Assembly: GCA_037447605.1 (NCBI GenBank)
Contig: CM074805.1
Span: 558,001-622,000 of the forward strand
Length of the DNA: 64,000 nt
Direction of reading: 5' to 3'
Source: Zygnema circumcarinatum SAG 698-1b
Taxonomy: Eukaryota > Plantae > Zygnematophyceae
Shown: piece after piece, positions 60,601 to 64,000 of the stretch
How the letters are laid out: every line of letters begins with the position of its first letter
Numbering within the stretch: position 1 is the stretch's first letter
Translations under genes and position numbers: made by a program
Notes under the pieces: generated by a model
What the model saw: the letters and a program-made list of their open reading frames with translations, nothing else
Told to the model about the DNA's origin: nothing
The model's database searches: none

Positions 60601-62873
60601 CCCTGCATCACCCTGTCTTCTTTTGTATTCGCTCGATACAGACGCTTTTCTTCATACAACTCTTGTGATGTTCAGTTCATCCATTCAAAATGCTTGAATC
60701 TTTGTAATGCCGATCCGTCCCTACAAACGGCATCACCGACTCGCTGTGCGGTATTACAATCCAATGTCAAGATAGCCATACTATCGGTACAAATTGCTGA
60801 AAAATTAGAGTTGTTGTTATATTAAATCGCAATTCTGATCCTGATCGGATGGCTGTCCTGCATGGCTGCAGGTGCAATGCTGAGGGCTGCCCTGTCCGGT
60901 TTGACAGATGGCACAGTGTGACTGACTGGCGAGCAAACCTCTCAAAGCATTACTGCAGAGATTGTCAGGGAGTGTACTGTATAAAGCATACCCGAATCTC
61001 ACCACACGGGTCAAGGGGGCAGTGCGGGCTTGATAGCAAGTGCATCTGCTACAGCTGCTTTGCTCGCCTCCCAGCTAACGTGCAGGCAAATCTGGAGAGG
61101 CAGAATAAGCTGAGAGCAGGGCCTCCTGTAGGCACAGTTTCAAGTTCTGCAAGTGCTGCAGATGAGCATGGTAGCGGTCAAAAGTTTAAGGTGACAGGAG
61201 CAGTTGTAGGGTGGCTTACAGGGCATGATCATGAAACCCAAAAGAATGCAGCTTCAATGAGCCACTCCGTTTCATTAGATGAGGAAGGTAGAGGGGCAAC
61301 AAAGAATGGGGCTGCTAAAACAGGTGTTTTGCGACAGAGGTCCCGGTCGCGTTCACCTTTAAGAGAGGCTGTTGGGAGTGAAGTGAAAGTGGTAAGGTCT
61401 GTTTCAGCTGGGCAATCATCAAACAGGAAAAAGAGTTTTGGAGGGTTTCCGGAAAGCTTGGGACTAGGGAGTCTTAGCGCTAATTCTAGAGGTAGCAATA
61501 CTGAAACGACGGACTTGATGGATTCAGAAGACCATGATTCGGATTCAGTAAGGGCATCCGGCTTTGCTTTTCGGCCATCAGGTTTAAGAGACCTTGAAAG
61601 GCATGCATCAGCTCAACTGAAGACAGAAATGGACGAAGGCACCGACGAACAGCGTTTGCCTTTCTTTTCGCTAGGGGGATCGACAATTGACAATTCAGAC
61701 AGGGGAAGGGCGAATAAGCAGAAGTCTGAGTTGTGGAAGGTGGGAAGTGGGCCTTTGCGACCTGTCTCTACTGAATATTCCCCAAACGATAATAATAATA
61801 AGCTTGAAAAGTATTTGTCATCACCGTTAAACGGTTGGGGTGGTGGAAAGAGTCCTCGTGCTGCAAGCAAATCGCCAATCAAAACTAGAGGAATTTTCGG
61901 ATTGGGAGGAAGTTCTGTTGGGAAGGAGCAGAAGGAGCCAAATGTGGAAGTGAGCAGAGGGGCAGAGTCAGATGCTGCTTTGAAAAAGCATTCAGCGTCA
62001 GGACCCCCAATTCTGGTGAGACTGATGTTGAATCTACTTGTTCTGTTTGCATATTTGTCAGTGTTACGGTTTAGTAACGAGTTAATGCAAGGGCCCTGAG
62101 GGGGGAAGGGTGCCTGGAAGTTTCTCTTTGTTCCTTTCGTTCTTTTTGTTCCTTTGTTCCTCAGCGTAGCATTGAGAACCAAGGAGTTGGCTCTCACCTC
62201 TCTCAAATTGGTTTCGTACAAGCTTAACTTTTCCTTTCGTCGTTTTGCTTTCCGTCACTTTATTTCGCTTCAGGTTGATGCGATCCATCCCACCTTCGAG
62301 TCTCGGAGCACATCTTCAGAGGAATTTCATGGGTTTCACGGGCCAACCCTCAGTGAGCAAGGGGTCTCACCAGCCCCTTTGCCAAGTCCACCTTCAGAGA
62401 CCATAGCGCTGCGTGGAAGCAGCTCATTGGATTCCGTAGACGACGAGCTCAGCAAAATTGCAAGCGAGTTGAGGTGGCGCATGTGTACTATGTATGCACT
62501 AAGGAATCGGGGTTCAATGTCCCAAGAAAGCATCAGCGGCTCTGCAGAAGGTGACAGTCACAGAGGGTCGCCTGGTTCAAGTAATACGATTGGAAGCGGT
62601 GGAAAGGCCTCCATGGGGGGCATGGCAAGGGGGGCCTCAGTGAAAGGGAGGGAGGGAGGGGGGGCTCCCACTGAGGGAGGTAGAGGAACAGAGTGGGGTA
62701 AAGGAAAGCCTCCTCGACCTCCTCCTACGGACGCCCAGAGGAGATGGTTGAAGGCGGGCATTTGGGCTATTGGGAAGGAGCTGGAGAGGAGGAAATCCTT
62801 CACAGAACAGACGTCAGGTGGTGAGACTTCAGAGAAGCTAGGCAAGCGCGGGTCCTCCAAGTCTCACGGATAG
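57698..62873 (+). CDS. STIM-like EF-hand/SAM membrane protein with FN3 and FYVE-like zinc finger, about 1226 aa
   Basis: join(57698..57800,58014..58105,58566..58694,58884..60496,60872..62015,62274..62873) = 3681 nt, all GT-AG and phase-consistent. Signal peptide; EF loop DRDGDGEIQHYE; SAM LTGEQVVEWVKHGLRLPQYAEAF...LHQKKIHQSIMRQIFG; FN3 (PGPP...LQWDPP...Y.V.R...W...LSPGVPYIYRVQAWGGHGSSEW); TM; Zn finger CNAEGC...KHYCRDC...C..H...CYSC. Confidence 0.9.
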
Positions 62874-63629
62874 GAAAAGTTGGGATTGTGATGTACACCA
62901 GCAAAAGGAAAGGGGAAGAGAAGAGGTTTCAGTCATCTGTGGAGGCGCAAGCAATGGACGCCTCCGAGCAGTGTGCATAATTTTTTCTTTTGGTATCAAG
63001 GGAAACCATTTTTTTCAGAATTAAAAAAATGGAGGTGCGGATGGGCCCCATTAATTATTCCATTAGATCGTGTAAGCTATATAGTAAACTGAGTCTTAAT
63101 TGTCTCGCTTTCTGCCGAGTTGTACCATTTGGAACAGAAGAAGACGTGGCAGAAGAAGTACACTTCACAAGGTATCTCCTGCTTATGATGAAGCGCGGAG
63201 CTTTGCTTCCTGATGAGTTTGTTGTATACGAGGAATTACTTGTTGCTTGCTTGTTGCTTAGAGCACACGGTATAGTAGGCCCTTAGACATAGTGGTGGCA
63301 AATTTGTGACTAAGGGCCATCCTCCATTGCGGGCGAGTCCGGTTGAGTTCAACTGTTTCTCGAATCGACTCTTTTTGAGCATTTTCTCAGCCTATAAAGA
63401 GTTCTTCAATGAGAAGTCCCGAAGTGTATATTCTCTCTCTCGCTGCCGTCGGCCCACAATGAACCTGTGAATGCCACACGTTCAATGTATCGGATGACGT
63501 GACAGTCCACGTGCCATTTTGCAGTCCAAATTGTTCGGGTGTAATCGAAAAAAGGATGCCACATGCGCAAGGTTTTGCCTAATACCTGCGCTTTGGGGAT
63601 GGCGACAACTCTGGCTTCGCTGCCCATTT

Positions 63630-63780
63630 CCTGGCTCCTCCCTACCTTTCCCCTGATTCTCCCCTTACCTCTCTCTCTCTCTCTCTCCGCACCCCTCTCG
63701 CTCGCTCTATCTCCGCTCCCTCTCTCCACTCCCCCTCTCCCCCCTGCCTACCTCATCGCTCACTCTCTCGCGCATCTCTG
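63630..63780 (+). other. CT-rich tract, probably the 5' UTR of a gene continuing beyond the window
   Basis: Pyrimidine-rich stretch preceded by CACGTG/GCCAC motifs, like the other gene starts here. Confidence 0.3.
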
Positions 63781-64000
63781 CCTCAGCGGCGCTGATCTGT
63801 GGGTCGAAGGCTGCTGCTTTCATACCCTTCTGTAGCTCTCTCCGTTTCGTCCTTGTAGTCTATTCGTCAGTTGGACGTTAGTCTTGGTAGAGTCAAGCAC
63901 GTATTCCAACGAATATTTTTCTGGACTTCTGCCAAGATCCACTTATTAACAGAAGGGCCAGCACCGTCATTTCATGGTCATAGACAATTCATCCTTAGGC

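Noticed and set aside
59720-62860. Minus-strand ORFs of 100-200 aa over the STIM-like gene
   Set aside because: Antisense shadows of long coding exons

Overview
Gene-dense, intron-rich eukaryotic DNA from a green plant lineage. Gene content and GA/CT/GGGGA-rich introns suggest a streptophyte alga (inference). Two 10-N gaps are present (28323-28332, 35080-35089). Spliced genes reconstructed by eye: RNF170-type RING E3 ligase (-, runs off the left edge) with a small spliced ORF just upstream; two inverted MsrB paralogues about 45 kb apart; DUR3 urea transporter; eIF2A; SR45a/Tra2-like splicing factor; an Ole e 1-like + root-cap-domain cell-wall protein; an LCAT/PLA2G15-like acyltransferase; a Cir_N/CCHC protein; and a ~1226-aa membrane protein. 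Between them lie a decayed LINE, a coiled-coil pseudogene, MITE-like elements and simple repeats. The most notable item is the last gene (57698-62873): signal peptide - canonical EF-hand - degenerate EF-hand - STIM-type SAM - FN3 - TM - FYVE-like zinc finger. It looks like a STIM-like luminal Ca2+ sensor in a lineage generally described as lacking STIM. Other leads: loss of the transit peptide in one MsrB copy, a possibly bacterial-type LCAT, two candidate U12 introns in eIF2A, a possible bicistronic/uORF unit, and GTAC clusters at most promoters. All exon boundaries are manual predictions without transcript evidence.
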